Made by a program: the position numbers and the translations under genes. The notes below the pieces were generated by a model. It searched no databases. It saw nothing but the letters and a program-made list of their open reading frames with translations, and was not told the origin of the DNA. A stretch of DNA of 24,007 nucleotides. Origin: a virus. Taxonomy: Duplodnaviria > Caudoviricetes. How positions within the stretch are numbered: the first letter of the stretch is position 1; each line of letters opens with the position of its first letter. Shown here piece by piece: positions 7,764 to 16,386 of the stretch. The stretch lies in the IMG/VR virus record IMGVR_UViG_3300020045_003277, positions 1 to 24,007 of that record. One strand, written 5' to 3'.

Positions 7764-8150
7764 TTATCTATTTTTCATATACCAGTTAATTAATTCTTTT
7801 ATATCGTCAAACTCCCATTTAAAAAAACACAAATAACCTTTAGTGGTTAATTGCTCCATTGATAATTTTTGTGCTTCTAAATGGTCGTTTTTAAGCAATG
7901 TAACACCATCTTTTTTAAACGGTGACTTAATTTTTAATTCAATAAACAAACCTTTGTAATATTTATTTGGCTCTAATATTAATAAATCAGGACATTTAAA
8001 ATTATTCTTTTGTATTGATTTATTTCGGCTTGCCTGAGCTTCTGTTAGTTTTACGTTTCCAATTGTATCAGATAAAAACAAAACATCTTTGTATTGCATT
8101 TCTAAATATCTACAGACTGCTTTTTGAAGTATGTATTCGTGGTGTTTCAT
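7764..8150 (-). CDS. VRR-NUC/PD-(D/E)xK nuclease (resolvase-like)
   Basis: EYILQ...CPDLLIL...GLFIELK...Q...GY motif order. Confidence 0.75.
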   Translation of the reverse strand: MKHHEYILQKAVCRYLEMQYKDVLFLSDTIGNVKLTEAQASRNKSIQKNNFKCPDLLILEPNKYYKGLFIELKIKSPFKKDGVTLLKNDHLEAQKLSMEQLTTKGYLCFFKWEFDDIKELINWYMKNR

Positions 8151-8151
8151 A

Positions 8152-8502
8152 TTAAATAATTTTCAATTCATCATTAGTCAGAGCAAAATATAGGTTTTGT
8201 AGTTGGTGAACGTATTTTATTTCATAAAAGTTATAATTTGATTTTATTTCGTAATATTTACTGTTATGATTATACCATAAAATAAACTCTCTATTTCCTT
8301 TATTATAGTTGTCGTATTTTCTAAAATTAAATCCTATTTTACCAAACCCAAACTTTACTAAACATTCTTCCGTTAATAAAATTGGCTCTAAATTAAAATC
8401 CGTATCGTTTTGTAAATATGAAGCTAAAGTACTTCCGTCTAATTTTATTGAGTCACCATCATAATTATAATAGCTTCCAATTCTTAATTCATTTGTTTTC
8501 AT
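8152..8502 (-). CDS. hypothetical phage protein
   Basis: ELRIG...EPILLTEE..KFGF...IKYVHQLQNLYFALT motif set. Confidence 0.75.
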   Translation of the reverse strand: MKTNELRIGSYYNYDGDSIKLDGSTLASYLQNDTDFNLEPILLTEECLVKFGFGKIGFNFRKYDNYNKGNREFILWYNHNSKYYEIKSNYNFYEIKYVHQLQNLYFALTNDELKII

Positions 8503-8621
8503 AATCTATTTTTTAAAATGTTTCTATAAACTAAATTTACTCTTTCTTTATTCACGCCCATTGACTCATAAAACTTCATAATCCTGTTAATTCTTTGCAA
8601 TGGTGACTGTTTGTTTTTCAT
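8499..8621 (-). CDS. small hypothetical protein (40 aa)
   Basis: Manual translation MKNKQSPLQRINRIMKFYESMGVNKERVNLVYRNILKNRL; ATGA-coupled. Confidence 0.55.
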   Translation of the reverse strand: MKNKQSPLQRINRIMKFYESMGVNKERVNLVYRNILKNRL

Positions 8622-8637
8622 AGTTTTTTAGTTTTAA

Positions 8638-9519
8638 TTATACCCAACTTTCTCCTTCTGGATTGTCTATTATTTCTGGTAACCAATCATTATTAACTTT
8701 AATGCAAAATTCTTTAAATTTCTTCCCTCTTCCTCTTTGGCAAGTAACTAAAGAATAACCAACGTCGTCTTTACCTTCTTTATAAGTTCCTTTGTCTGCA
8801 ATAATAACAACCGTTTCACATTTATTTTGCAGTATCGTTCCTAAATGACCTCTTGCTTTATCAGAACCGGGATTTAAATGCAAAACTCCTGTTATATGTG
8901 ATTTACTAATACTACTCCACTTCATTAGCTTTTGCGTTAAATTACTACTTTCAGTCAATGAATTAAAATCGTTTATCAAATCCACATAACCATCGATTGA
9001 AACAACGCCTAATTTATTTCTGTACTCGCTTTCCATAAATAGCCATTCGACGTATTGCAACCTTTCATTTGGTGATCGTTCACGCAACTTTAAAGGAATG
9101 TAATTTTCTGGAGTCCATCCAACCATATTTGGAATACGTATTGCACTTTGCCACGAATCGAAATCGTCTTGCTCAGTATCAATGTCAATAATATATTTAT
9201 CTTGTAACTCATGTCCAACTATATCAATTGAATTAGTATAAACATTAGATCTACCACCAAAAGAGCATCCAAGTATTAAAGATTTTAAAAATGATTTACG
9301 GGCTTTTTCTTCGCCTTTAATCATGCTTATATTACCAGCAGTTCCAAATCTTAAAGGATGATGAACGCCTTTATATGATTTATCATCTCTACCTATTGAA
9401 ATTATCAAAGGTGGTCTTTCATAAACCAAACTTAAATCGATTAAAGATTTTTCGTGTATATCAGTGAAATTTAAAATTTCTTCTGATTTTGATTCTTTGC
9501 TTAGTTCGTCGAAATTCAT
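8638..9519 (-). CDS. P-loop ATPase, AAA_25/RepA-like replicative helicase candidate
   Basis: Walker A GEEKARKS, IDTEQ, Walker B VVSIDG, VLHLNPGSDKARGHLG. Confidence 0.75.
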   Translation of the reverse strand: MNFDELSKESKSEEILNFTDIHEKSLIDLSLVYERPPLIISIGRDDKSYKGVHHPLRFGTAGNISMIKGEEKARKSFLKSLILGCSFGGRSNVYTNSIDIVGHELQDKYIIDIDTEQDDFDSWQSAIRIPNMVGWTPENYIPLKLRERSPNERLQYVEWLFMESEYRNKLGVVSIDGYVDLINDFNSLTESSNLTQKLMKWSSISKSHITGVLHLNPGSDKARGHLGTILQNKCETVVIIADKGTYKEGKDDVGYSLVTCQRGRGKKFKEFCIKVNNDWLPEIIDNPEGESWV

Positions 9520-9520
9520 T

Positions 9521-10027
9521 TCATATATAATTATCGGTTTCTTGTAAAAATTGATTTGCAGTATTGTAAAACGATTTTTTAACGTTTTCTATTGTCCAAT
9601 TAACTTTTAGCTTTTCAATTATTTCTTTTTGGTTATCTTTTAAAATTAATTCGTTTTGCTCTTTTACTTTTTTATCGTGGTTTAAATGTTCTAAATTATA
9701 ACCTAAACTTTGTAAATAACTATCAATTACTTTTTGATTTAAATTAATCTGAAACATTTGTAAATGATAATCTAAAGGCTCTTTTAAAATATCGGCAACA
9801 ATTTTAATCGACGCTTTAATATCTCCGTTTTGATGTACGTTTCTATCTAAAACATAAACTAATAACTTTGCGAATAGTAAATTATCATTAAAATATTTAT
9901 CTCGCTTTAATTCAAGCTCTGTATTGATAGTTCTTAACGCTTCTATATCTTCCTTATAGATTTTATCTTTATTTCGTTTAAACACGTTAAAAACTCTTTT
10001 CTTTGCATTTTCTATTTGCCAACTCAT
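9521..10027 (-). CDS. hypothetical protein (replication module)
   Basis: 168 aa helical ORF between initiator and ATPase. Confidence 0.7.
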   Translation of the reverse strand: MSWQIENAKKRVFNVFKRNKDKIYKEDIEALRTINTELELKRDKYFNDNLLFAKLLVYVLDRNVHQNGDIKASIKIVADILKEPLDYHLQMFQINLNQKVIDSYLQSLGYNLEHLNHDKKVKEQNELILKDNQKEIIEKLKVNWTIENVKKSFYNTANQFLQETDNYI

Positions 10028-10587
10028 TTGCTTGCCTCCTTTCTTTTTTTAACCCACATTACAAAATGATACTTATAGTCTTTTAATGATAAATGATTTT
10101 GCCCAGTAGTTAATAAATGTCCATTAAAGTCTTTTAATGCTAATTCTATTTTTTCTTCTGGTATCTTCTCTCTCATAGATATTGATTCAATCCAAGTATA
10201 AGATTCTAAACAGTCTTTTAAAAATAATTCGTGTTTTGTTTCTATTATAATAAGTTTCTCTTTTACTTCTTCTTTTACTTCTTCTTCTTTAGGGTCTGTC
10301 TCAGGGTTAGTGGGGGGGTTAGTCGGTGGGTTAGTTATGGGGTTGCCTTCCATATCAGTATTACTAACTCTTTTCCATCCTTTTACACTTGCTTCTATAG
10401 CGTGTTTTTGGCTAGAATAACATAAATTAACTATAAAACTTAATTCTTTTGGGTCTTCATCTAAGAATTGTTTATTAATTATTGCCATCAAAAAATTACA
10501 CTTATCAGTTTCGTTTTGTAGTTCATTAACCACATCGAAATAACTTCTAAGAAAATTAAAGGCTTTTCTTTTAGTTGGTTTCTCCAT
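10024..10587 (-). CDS. putative replication initiator (lambda O/DnaD-like architecture)
   Basis: AFNFLRSYFD N-terminal domain, low-complexity repeat linker, C-terminal KDYKYHFVMW; upstream of helicase-like gene. Confidence 0.65.
   Translation of the reverse strand: MEKPTKRKAFNFLRSYFDVVNELQNETDKCNFLMAIINKQFLDEDPKELSFIVNLCYSSQKHAIEASVKGWKRVSNTDMEGNPITNPPTNPPTNPETDPKEEEVKEEVKEKLIIIETKHELFLKDCLESYTWIESISMREKIPEEKIELALKDFNGHLLTTGQNHLSLKDYKYHFVMWVKKRKEASK
10292..10344. repeat. five GGGT(T/C) units at 12-bp period (iteron-like, candidate origin)
   Basis: gggtctgt 10292, gggttagt 10304/10316/10328, gggttg 10340. Confidence 0.65.
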
Positions 10588-10816
10588 TACAACCCTCGCT
10601 TTCTGTAATTTTATTAATTTCAGTTCTAAGTGTTTTTGCGAATTTTATCGCTGAACTTTTATCCATTGTAAAGCAACAAACATGACTTTCATTATCTTCT
10701 ATTTCAATATCAATAAATTTTTTAGACTCGCCTTTTATTTTATAAACCACTTGTTTAATTTCAGCAGATAAAGAACTGTCTAATTCGTCAATAAACTTTA
10801 ATTCAAATTTTGCCAT
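10571..10816 (-). CDS. hypothetical protein
   Basis: 81 aa ORF, first gene after promoter 10959-10989. Confidence 0.65.
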   Translation of the reverse strand: MAKFELKFIDELDSSLSAEIKQVVYKIKGESKKFIDIEIEDNESHVCCFTMDKSSAIKFAKTLRTEINKITESEGCNGETN

Positions 10817-10864
10817 AATAATAACCGTTTTAAGATACGGATAAACTATTTAGTTAAACGGTAA

Positions 10865-10947
10865 AATCCTATTATATCAGCCGTTAAGTGAGACGGGCTT
10901 CAATAATAGGATTCTTATAATGTCTTTTTAGATAATGCGTCTCACTT
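10865..10947 (-). ncRNA. structured 5' leader, pseudoknot/switch candidate
   Basis: 11-bp IR 10865-75/10903-13 interleaved with 10-bp IR 10886-95/10938-47. Confidence 0.55.
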
Positions 10948-10958
10948 CATTACTTCAA

Positions 10959-10989
10959 CAAAGATAAACATAAAAACTACATAAACAAA
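10959..10989 (-). promoter_or_regulatory. Bacteroidota promoter TTTG-N19-TATCTTTG
   Basis: Exact consensus match, just downstream of terminator 11003-11041. Confidence 0.75.
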
Positions 10990-11002
10990 TATTCTATTAA
11001 AT

Positions 11003-11041
11003 AAAAAAAGCCAACTAATAATTAATATCAGTTGGCTTTTA
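11003..11041. terminator. bidirectional intrinsic terminator
   Basis: AAAAGCCAACT...AGTTGGCTTTT. Confidence 0.8.
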
Positions 11042-11101
11042 AAATAGTAGTATGTATCGTATTTCTTTTAAAATTCGCTACTATTTGTAAGTTTAGTTTA
11101 T

Positions 11102-11476
11102 TTATTTCATTTGTTCTTTAATATATAAATCAATAAGAAATTTTGTCTTTTCTAAATCTTCAATAAAGTTACCTTTTTTTCTACATCGCATTACACGTTT
11201 AATAATATCAAATTCGTAACTATTAAGTTGTTGTTGTTCACAAAATTGATATAAAGAACCATTTGTATTGTCGTAGTGTGTTTGTTCTTCTTTTGATACT
11301 TCAAAATATAAATTGAAATCTTTTTCATCATCCATATCATGTTCTTCAAATAGTTCAGATTTTATACATTTATCTTTTGTAGATATATAAGTTTTATTTT
11401 TGATAAATGCAGTACTTCCACTATCCATTACGTAATCTTGAATGCAATTAAATTTATCTCCTTTTTTAATTCTCAT
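11102..11476 (-). CDS. DUF3310-like domain protein
   Basis: C-terminal HYD...IIKRVMRCRKKGNFIEDLEKTKFLIDL. Confidence 0.65.
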   Translation of the reverse strand: MRIKKGDKFNCIQDYVMDSGSTAFIKNKTYISTKDKCIKSELFEEHDMDDEKDFNLYFEVSKEEQTHYDNTNGSLYQFCEQQQLNSYEFDIIKRVMRCRKKGNFIEDLEKTKFLIDLYIKEQMK

Positions 11477-11479
11477 AAT

Positions 11480-11779
11480 TTATATTCTTTTAAATTCAAT
11501 TCCTAGTTTTATTTTTTCTCTTATTTCTACATCGTGAAATCCTTCTAAATTTTTACATTCGGTAATACTATTATAAATAAACCCGTCTGAAACTCTAATA
11601 ATTTTAACAGCATTAAATGATGGTTTTTTGTTTTTTATAATCACTTCTTTTGTAATTATACCATCGCGTAATTCTTTAAAATCTTTAATTTGCTCTGGAG
11701 TCCATTTTGATACTTGAAAATTCCAAAGATATGAATTTTTATTTTTTCTAAGAGTTGGCATTACTTCTGCTTGCGTCAT
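11480..11779 (-). CDS. hypothetical protein, NUMOD1-like C-terminus
   Basis: KIIRVSDGFIYNSITEC. Confidence 0.55.
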   Translation of the reverse strand: MTQAEVMPTLRKNKNSYLWNFQVSKWTPEQIKDFKELRDGIITKEVIIKNKKPSFNAVKIIRVSDGFIYNSITECKNLEGFHDVEIREKIKLGIEFKRI

Positions 11780-11781
11780 AA

Positions 11782-12222
11782 TTAATCCTTTATAAAAGTT
11801 CCACCAACATTTTTACCTGTTCTATCTTTAATTTCGTTCCATGCTAAATTGGCACATTCGGTAAGATCTAAATTTAGATTAATACATATGTCGTCTAACC
11901 AATCAATACAATCAGCAGTTTCATTTTCTGTACATAAATCTAATAATGTAAAAAGATTGTATTGCAAATCATTGTGATTAAACGCTCCTTTTTCAAATTT
12001 AATATCTACAGCTATTTGATTACACAATATAACCAAAACTATAAATATATCACCTATCCCATCTTTTATTTCATCTGGTTTATTTTTTAATATTGCTCCA
12101 GCAGTTTCCCCGACTTCTTCCAATAATTTAAGCCTTTGTTTTGGTGCGTTTTCAGATTTCAATAAATCTTTATCGTTTGCCCATTCTAAAATAATCAATT
12201 GTAATTCTTGTAATGTTTTCAT
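11782..12222 (-). CDS. MazG-like nucleotide pyrophosphohydrolase
   Basis: KLLEEVGE...IKDGIGD; AWNEIKDRTGK. Confidence 0.85.
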   Translation of the reverse strand: MKTLQELQLIILEWANDKDLLKSENAPKQRLKLLEEVGETAGAILKNKPDEIKDGIGDIFIVLVILCNQIAVDIKFEKGAFNHNDLQYNLFTLLDLCTENETADCIDWLDDICINLNLDLTECANLAWNEIKDRTGKNVGGTFIKD

Positions 12223-12356
12223 AATGTGTTCATTTTTGATTCAATAATATAAAATTCTCCTTCAATTCTTAGGTTTGGAATAAATCTATCATATTTTGTA
12301 AATCCATTCATTCCTTTGTTTTTTAATCGTTTTTTTTGTTCTTCAGTATATTTCAT
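12219..12356 (-). CDS. small hypothetical protein (45 aa)
   Basis: Manual translation MKYTEEQKKRLKNKG...; ATGA-coupled to the MazG-like gene. Confidence 0.5.
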   Translation of the reverse strand: MKYTEEQKKRLKNKGMNGFTKYDRFIPNLRIEGEFYIIESKMNTL

Positions 12357-12420
12357 TTTCTTAACATTTCAGCGATCATAATAACAAATTTTTCTATTGT
12401 GTTTCTCATTGTTTAATTTT

Positions 12421-12588
12421 TTATTTAAATATTGTTTTGTATATAATGAAATCATTCATCCGTATTGGGAATTTAAGACGTGATAAAGTCCAGTATTTCA
12501 ATCCCTCCATTTCACAACACTTTTTTAAGTTCCCGTAGGTTTCGACTCGATCAGCTTTAATGAATGCTATTATGTTTTGTCGGTTCAT
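12421..12588 (-). CDS. small putative DNA-binding protein (55 aa)
   Basis: Manual translation MNRQNIIAFIKADRVETYGNLKKCCEMEGLKYWTLSRLKFP... Confidence 0.55.
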   Translation of the reverse strand: MNRQNIIAFIKADRVETYGNLKKCCEMEGLKYWTLSRLKFPIRMNDFIIYKTIFK

Positions 12589-12595
12589 AACCCAT

Positions 12596-12766
12596 TCATG
12601 TTTTATACATTTTTAGTAAAACGTTTATAGGTAAATTAGTATTTTTAATACTTGAATTTTTAATCCAATCTCCAAATTTTTCAGCGTGTTTATCAGCTAT
12701 TATTTCGCAATCTATAGCATTTAATTTACTTAAAGTTACTTCGCAAAATTTATCTATTAATTTCAT
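12596..12766 (-). CDS. small hypothetical protein (56 aa)
   Basis: Manual translation MKLIDKFCEV...CEIIADKHAEKFGDWI. Confidence 0.5.
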   Translation of the reverse strand: MKLIDKFCEVTLSKLNAIDCEIIADKHAEKFGDWIKNSSIKNTNLPINVLLKMYKT

Positions 12767-12786
12767 ATTTTATTTTTTATATTTGT

Positions 12787-12906
12787 TTAACAGTCGTTAC
12801 ACCACCAATTTAGATTATCACATCCTATATTTTTACTTCCGCATTTAGGACATTTACCTCCATTATTTGCAGGCACTAATCTTAGTAACCTTAATACATA
12901 TATCAT
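12787..12906 (-). CDS. small zinc-ribbon protein (39 aa)
   Basis: CPKCGSKNIG...WWCNDC. Confidence 0.55.
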   Translation of the reverse strand: MIYVLRLLRLVPANNGGKCPKCGSKNIGCDNLNWWCNDC

Positions 12907-12909
12907 AAT

Positions 12910-13128
12910 TTAAAATTTATTAACTTTATATTTATTTTCATTATTTATTTTATTTATAAAATACAATTCACATAATGTTTTTAATATATCAATCGCCCAA
13001 TTAGCTTTTTTGTTAAACTTTTGTTGTAAATAAAAAACATCAACTATTTCAATATCACGTAATGATTCTATAACTATAACTAAATCTTCATTAGTAAAGT
13101 TCACTTTCTTTTTTGTTATTTGTATCAT
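12910..13128 (-). CDS. hypothetical protein (winged-helix-like)
   Basis: 72 aa; YLQQKF...AIDILKTL resembles an FtsK-gamma-type pattern, weak. Confidence 0.5.
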   Translation of the reverse strand: MIQITKKKVNFTNEDLVIVIESLRDIEIVDVFYLQQKFNKKANWAIDILKTLCELYFINKINNENKYKVNKF

Positions 13129-13143
13129 AATTTATTTTAACAT

Positions 13144-13326
13144 TTATTTTTGTGTTATTAAACTTTCTACTTTAATTTTTAAAAGTGTAGTTGCTGTTAT
13201 AATTGCATCTACCTCTTTTTTAAGTTTTTTATTTTTTTTAGACAATAATATATAGTCGCGTTGTTGTAAATCTATATAACCTATAACTTTTTGTAATTTA
13301 TCATTTATGTGCATTGTTTTTTCCAT
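13144..13326 (-). CDS. hypothetical protein
   Basis: 60 aa ORF in the gene run. Confidence 0.5.
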   Translation of the reverse strand: MEKTMHINDKLQKVIGYIDLQQRDYILLSKKNKKLKKEVDAIITATTLLKIKVESLITQK

Positions 13327-13460
13327 TTATTTACTAATTCAAATCTTTCTTCTTTTGTTAAAGTGTTCATTGCAGGAGTTTCTGTATTTTGCAAATACTG
13401 ACTAAATTTCATTTCTTGTGACGGAGTCATTTCAAATCCGTGAACCATAACTGTTTTCAT
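13305..13460 (-). CDS. small hypothetical protein (51 aa)
   Basis: Manual translation MKTVMVHGFEMTPSQEMKF... Confidence 0.45.
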   Translation of the reverse strand: MKTVMVHGFEMTPSQEMKFSQYLQNTETPAMNTLTKEERFELVNKWKKQCT

Positions 13461-13612
13461 TATACTATTGAGTTTAAATATTTTTTATAATTACTATCCA
13501 ATCCTTTTTCAGTTTTGCAAGTTAATATCACATCATTTTCTAAAGTAATATATTCCCACATTCTTTTTTCTAAATTGTATTTTTTTACTGATTGCATAGC
13601 TTCTAATTTCAT
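13460..13612 (-). CDS. small hypothetical protein (50 aa)
   Basis: Manual translation MKLEAMQSVKKYNLEKRMWEY...; TAATG-coupled. Confidence 0.5.
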   Translation of the reverse strand: MKLEAMQSVKKYNLEKRMWEYITLENDVILTCKTEKGLDSNYKKYLNSIV

Positions 13613-13752
13613 AATATTTAGTTTTAGTGGTCTGCCTTATTGGCTCTACAAAGACACAACGCATACAAGTAAAAACAATACATTAAATACAAGTATTTTA
13701 ATTTTATTTGTAAATTTTAACATTTGATACGGTTTTACTGGGTTTGTTGTAT

Positions 13753-13781
13753 AAAAAACCGCCTAAATTAATAAGCGGTTT
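13753..13781 (-). terminator. intrinsic terminator after the SSB-like gene
   Basis: AAACCGC...GCGGTTT stem with a T tract on the - strand. Confidence 0.75.
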
Positions 13782-13791
13782 GGTTGTTAGG

Positions 13792-14169
13792 TTAAAATGG
13801 AAGTGAATCTTCTTCTTCTTCATCTAAATTGGTTGCTGGTGCAAACGCTTCTTTTGAAGGAATAGGAGTTTCATTACTAATATCTGATTTGAAAATTTTC
13901 CAAGCATCTAAAGTATTAAACCATTTTCTATTTTCTTCTGGCTCACCTTCTTTTAAATAAGACCTCCCTCTTAAATTATAATCAATATCTATAAATTGAC
14001 CTTCTTTATTAAATTTAATAAAATTATCAGCTCTATCTTGAGACACTTCAAATTGTACCTCTTGAGGGTATTGGCTTTCTAATTTAATAACAAATTCGAC
14101 TTTTTTATAAGTAGATGTTACTTGTTGCAATGGTTTAATTTTAATAATTTGTACGTTTTTTAATTCCAT
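13792..14169 (-). CDS. DUF3127 family single-stranded DNA-binding-like protein
   Basis: YKKVEFV...QYPQEVQFE...NLRGR...WFNTLDAWKI; acidic tail EEEEDSLPF. Confidence 0.85.
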   Translation of the reverse strand: MELKNVQIIKIKPLQQVTSTYKKVEFVIKLESQYPQEVQFEVSQDRADNFIKFNKEGQFIDIDYNLRGRSYLKEGEPEENRKWFNTLDAWKIFKSDISNETPIPSKEAFAPATNLDEEEEDSLPF

Positions 14170-14176
14170 GTTTTGT

Positions 14177-14725
14177 TTATTTAATGTTTATATATGTTTC
14201 GTTTCTTAATATTTTACTCATTGCTGGTGCGCTAATATTGTAATGCCTTGATAATGTAATGTTATTCCAACCTAACTCGTGCATTCTTCTTGCAGTTTTA
14301 ACTTCATAATTTGTGAGTTTTGAATTATGATGTTTTTCTCCTAAATTATGGTTACATAAATTGTTTTTTACAGCGTGTATTTGATTTTCTGAATTAGTAC
14401 ACCATTCTAAATTATAATAATTATTATTATTTTTGTCTCCATCTATATGGTTTACTTGAGGCTTATTATCAGTATTTTCAATAAAAGCAATAGCAACTAA
14501 TCTATGGATTCCAGTATTAAACCTAATTGTTTTTTTACTTAAACTTGTTTGTAAATAACCCTTTACCGAAATAAATTTTTTTAAAACACGTCCTTTTTTA
14601 AAGGATTTAGAACCGTGTTTATTGTCAATATAATTATCCAAACTTCTTACGTTTCCAATATTTGAGACTTCATAAATCCCTTCATAATTTTTTACTTCTT
14701 TCCAAATTTCTTCTTTATTTTCCAT
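14177..14725 (-). CDS. NUMOD4-HNH homing endonuclease
   Basis: EIWKEVKNYEGIYEVSNIGNVRS; IHRLVAIAF; VNHIDGDKNNN..NLEWCT..EN. Confidence 0.92.
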   Translation of the reverse strand: MENKEEIWKEVKNYEGIYEVSNIGNVRSLDNYIDNKHGSKSFKKGRVLKKFISVKGYLQTSLSKKTIRFNTGIHRLVAIAFIENTDNKPQVNHIDGDKNNNNYYNLEWCTNSENQIHAVKNNLCNHNLGEKHHNSKLTNYEVKTARRMHELGWNNITLSRHYNISAPAMSKILRNETYINIK

Positions 14726-14730
14726 AAATC

Positions 14731-14802
14731 AAAAAACCCCTCCCTAGTTTACCGCCAAGCAAAACAAGAGAAGGGAATTTATTAAGTTCTTAATCTTGGC
14801 GG
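14731..14802 (-). ncRNA. structured 5' leader, pseudoknot/switch candidate
   Basis: Imperfect hairpin ending in a T run before the ATG; its loop segment 14752-59 is complementary to 14795-802. Confidence 0.45.
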
Positions 14803-14824
14803 ATTTACAGTAAAGATACGAAAT

Positions 14825-15061
14825 TTATTTTAATTTTCTGCGTTCTTCTCTTAATTGATATTCTCTTTCTGCTAGATATGATTTAGCTGTTTTTACGCCT
14901 TTATATAAAAGTGCAAAATCAGTATCTTTCATATTTTCTGCCCAGTCTCCTTTTTCTTCATCTACTCTTTTATCACTTAAAAAAGACTCTCTTACTTCAT
15001 TAGGTATTGTCATGTAATGTTCCTCCGACATTCTTAAAAAAACCTCTCTATTGCTTTGCAT
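14825..15061 (-). CDS. hypothetical protein
   Basis: 78 aa ORF overlapping the ATPase stop. Confidence 0.65.
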   Translation of the reverse strand: MQSNREVFLRMSEEHYMTIPNEVRESFLSDKRVDEEKGDWAENMKDTDFALLYKGVKTAKSYLAEREYQLREERRKLK

Positions 15062-15899
15062 CGTTTATAGTTTTAGGCGTTAATTCTTCTTTTCTTTTGT
15101 CTTTAGCTTCTATAAATAAAACATTTGTTTGTAAGTTTTTATATTTGCTCCAAACTGTTTTTAAATCTTCCATAGTAGCTACTATTATCATTTCGTCAAT
15201 TGCTACTTTTAATTCACTTTCTCCGGAGTTGCACCAGTTGGCAATTAATACTCCTGTTTCTTCAGTAATTAAAAATGGTTGCTTTCCTTCGAATAAGTTT
15301 GTTCTGTCCTTAGAAGGTATGGCTAAATGCGTATCTCTATCGATGTTTAATGAAACAGTCAATTCATATTCCCAACCTTCACGCTGTTGGTCTTTCATTC
15401 CCACTTTATGAACTTTTTTTCCTTCACCCATTACGGTTTCCATTTTAGAACGGGTGCAAGTGATTACGTGAGCATTACAATGCAATACAGCATTTACAAA
15501 TTTATCATGTCTTGGTGTTGTTTTGCTCCATGCGCTCCATGTGTTACCTCTGAATGATGCCTGAGCCAATACTTCGTTTTCTTCTAATAGACAAGTCCAT
15601 TCGTGGGAACTGCTGTCTATTATAATAACTTCGATTCCGGCTTCTACGCAAGCATTTAAAGCCTGGATATATTTTTCTGGTTGAAAAGGCGGTTGTAAAT
15701 CAATTACGTTGAACTCGCCTAAATCAGAATATAAACTTGCAGATCCGTTTTCCGTGTCAATAACCGCAATCTTATTCCAATCACCACATAACCCCTTAGC
15801 CATTCTTAAAGCTGAGTAAGTTTTTCCTGCTCCGCTTGGTGCTGAAATATTCAATCGCAATTTAACCTGTTTTCTAGTTGCTTTTTTTAATTGTAACAT
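15048..15899 (-). CDS. Sak4-like AAA_24 ATPase (phage recombinase)
   Basis: APSGAGKT, IDTENGS, Walker B IIIDS, KDRT motif; near the SSB-like gene. Confidence 0.85.
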   Translation of the reverse strand: MLQLKKATRKQVKLRLNISAPSGAGKTYSALRMAKGLCGDWNKIAVIDTENGSASLYSDLGEFNVIDLQPPFQPEKYIQALNACVEAGIEVIIIDSSSHEWTCLLEENEVLAQASFRGNTWSAWSKTTPRHDKFVNAVLHCNAHVITCTRSKMETVMGEGKKVHKVGMKDQQREGWEYELTVSLNIDRDTHLAIPSKDRTNLFEGKQPFLITEETGVLIANWCNSGESELKVAIDEMIIVATMEDLKTVWSKYKNLQTNVLFIEAKDKRKEELTPKTINDAKQ

Positions 15900-15901
15900 A
15901 A

Positions 15902-16105
15902 TTAATTTTTTATTGGTTGTTCAAAAATTTCGTCTACTACTTCGATGTTTCTGACTAGCATATTATATTTAGCTTTTGAGTCAGCATATTTAAACATCAT
16001 TTCGTCAATTGCTTTTGCTTGTTCGTCGATTAAATCCTGTTGAATACTTATAAACTTTTCTAAAGCTTCAATTCTTAATCTCTGGAATTCTACTTGTTCT
16101 TTCAT
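15902..16105 (-). CDS. small coiled-coil hypothetical protein
   Basis: 67 aa ORF. Confidence 0.6.
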   Translation of the reverse strand: MKEQVEFQRLRIEALEKFISIQQDLIDEQAKAIDEMMFKYADSKAKYNMLVRNIEVVDEIFEQPIKN

Positions 16106-16118
16106 AATTTTTATATTT

Positions 16119-16364
16119 TTAAAATTCAGACAGTTTTCTTTGTGAAAATTCTACGGCTTTATCTTCTGGAATTAGAAATTTAGCTTTTATTTTCGATGTT
16201 CCGAAGAAAGAACCTACATGCTCAATAAATATTTCTATTCCTTTATAATATTTAATTTTAGCATTAAATTGACCAGCCATATTTAATCCTGTTCCATTAA
16301 GTCCTAATTCTATTTGAAATAATACGTACTTTATTCCGTTAATTTCTTGTACAATGTTTTTCAT
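16119..16364 (-). CDS. hypothetical protein flanked by 22-bp direct repeats
   Basis: 81 aa ORF; repeat at 16100-16121 and 16359-16380. Confidence 0.65.
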   Translation of the reverse strand: MKNIVQEINGIKYVLFQIELGLNGTGLNMAGQFNAKIKYYKGIEIFIEHVGSFFGTSKIKAKFLIPEDKAVEFSQRKLSEF

Positions 16365-16386
16365 AATTTTTATATTTTTATTTAAG

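Noticed and set aside
7110-8150. Restriction-modification pair (methyltransferase plus adjacent nuclease)
   Set aside because: The 128-aa nuclease looks like the VRR-NUC/resolvase type usual in phage replication modules, and orphan methyltransferases are common in phages.
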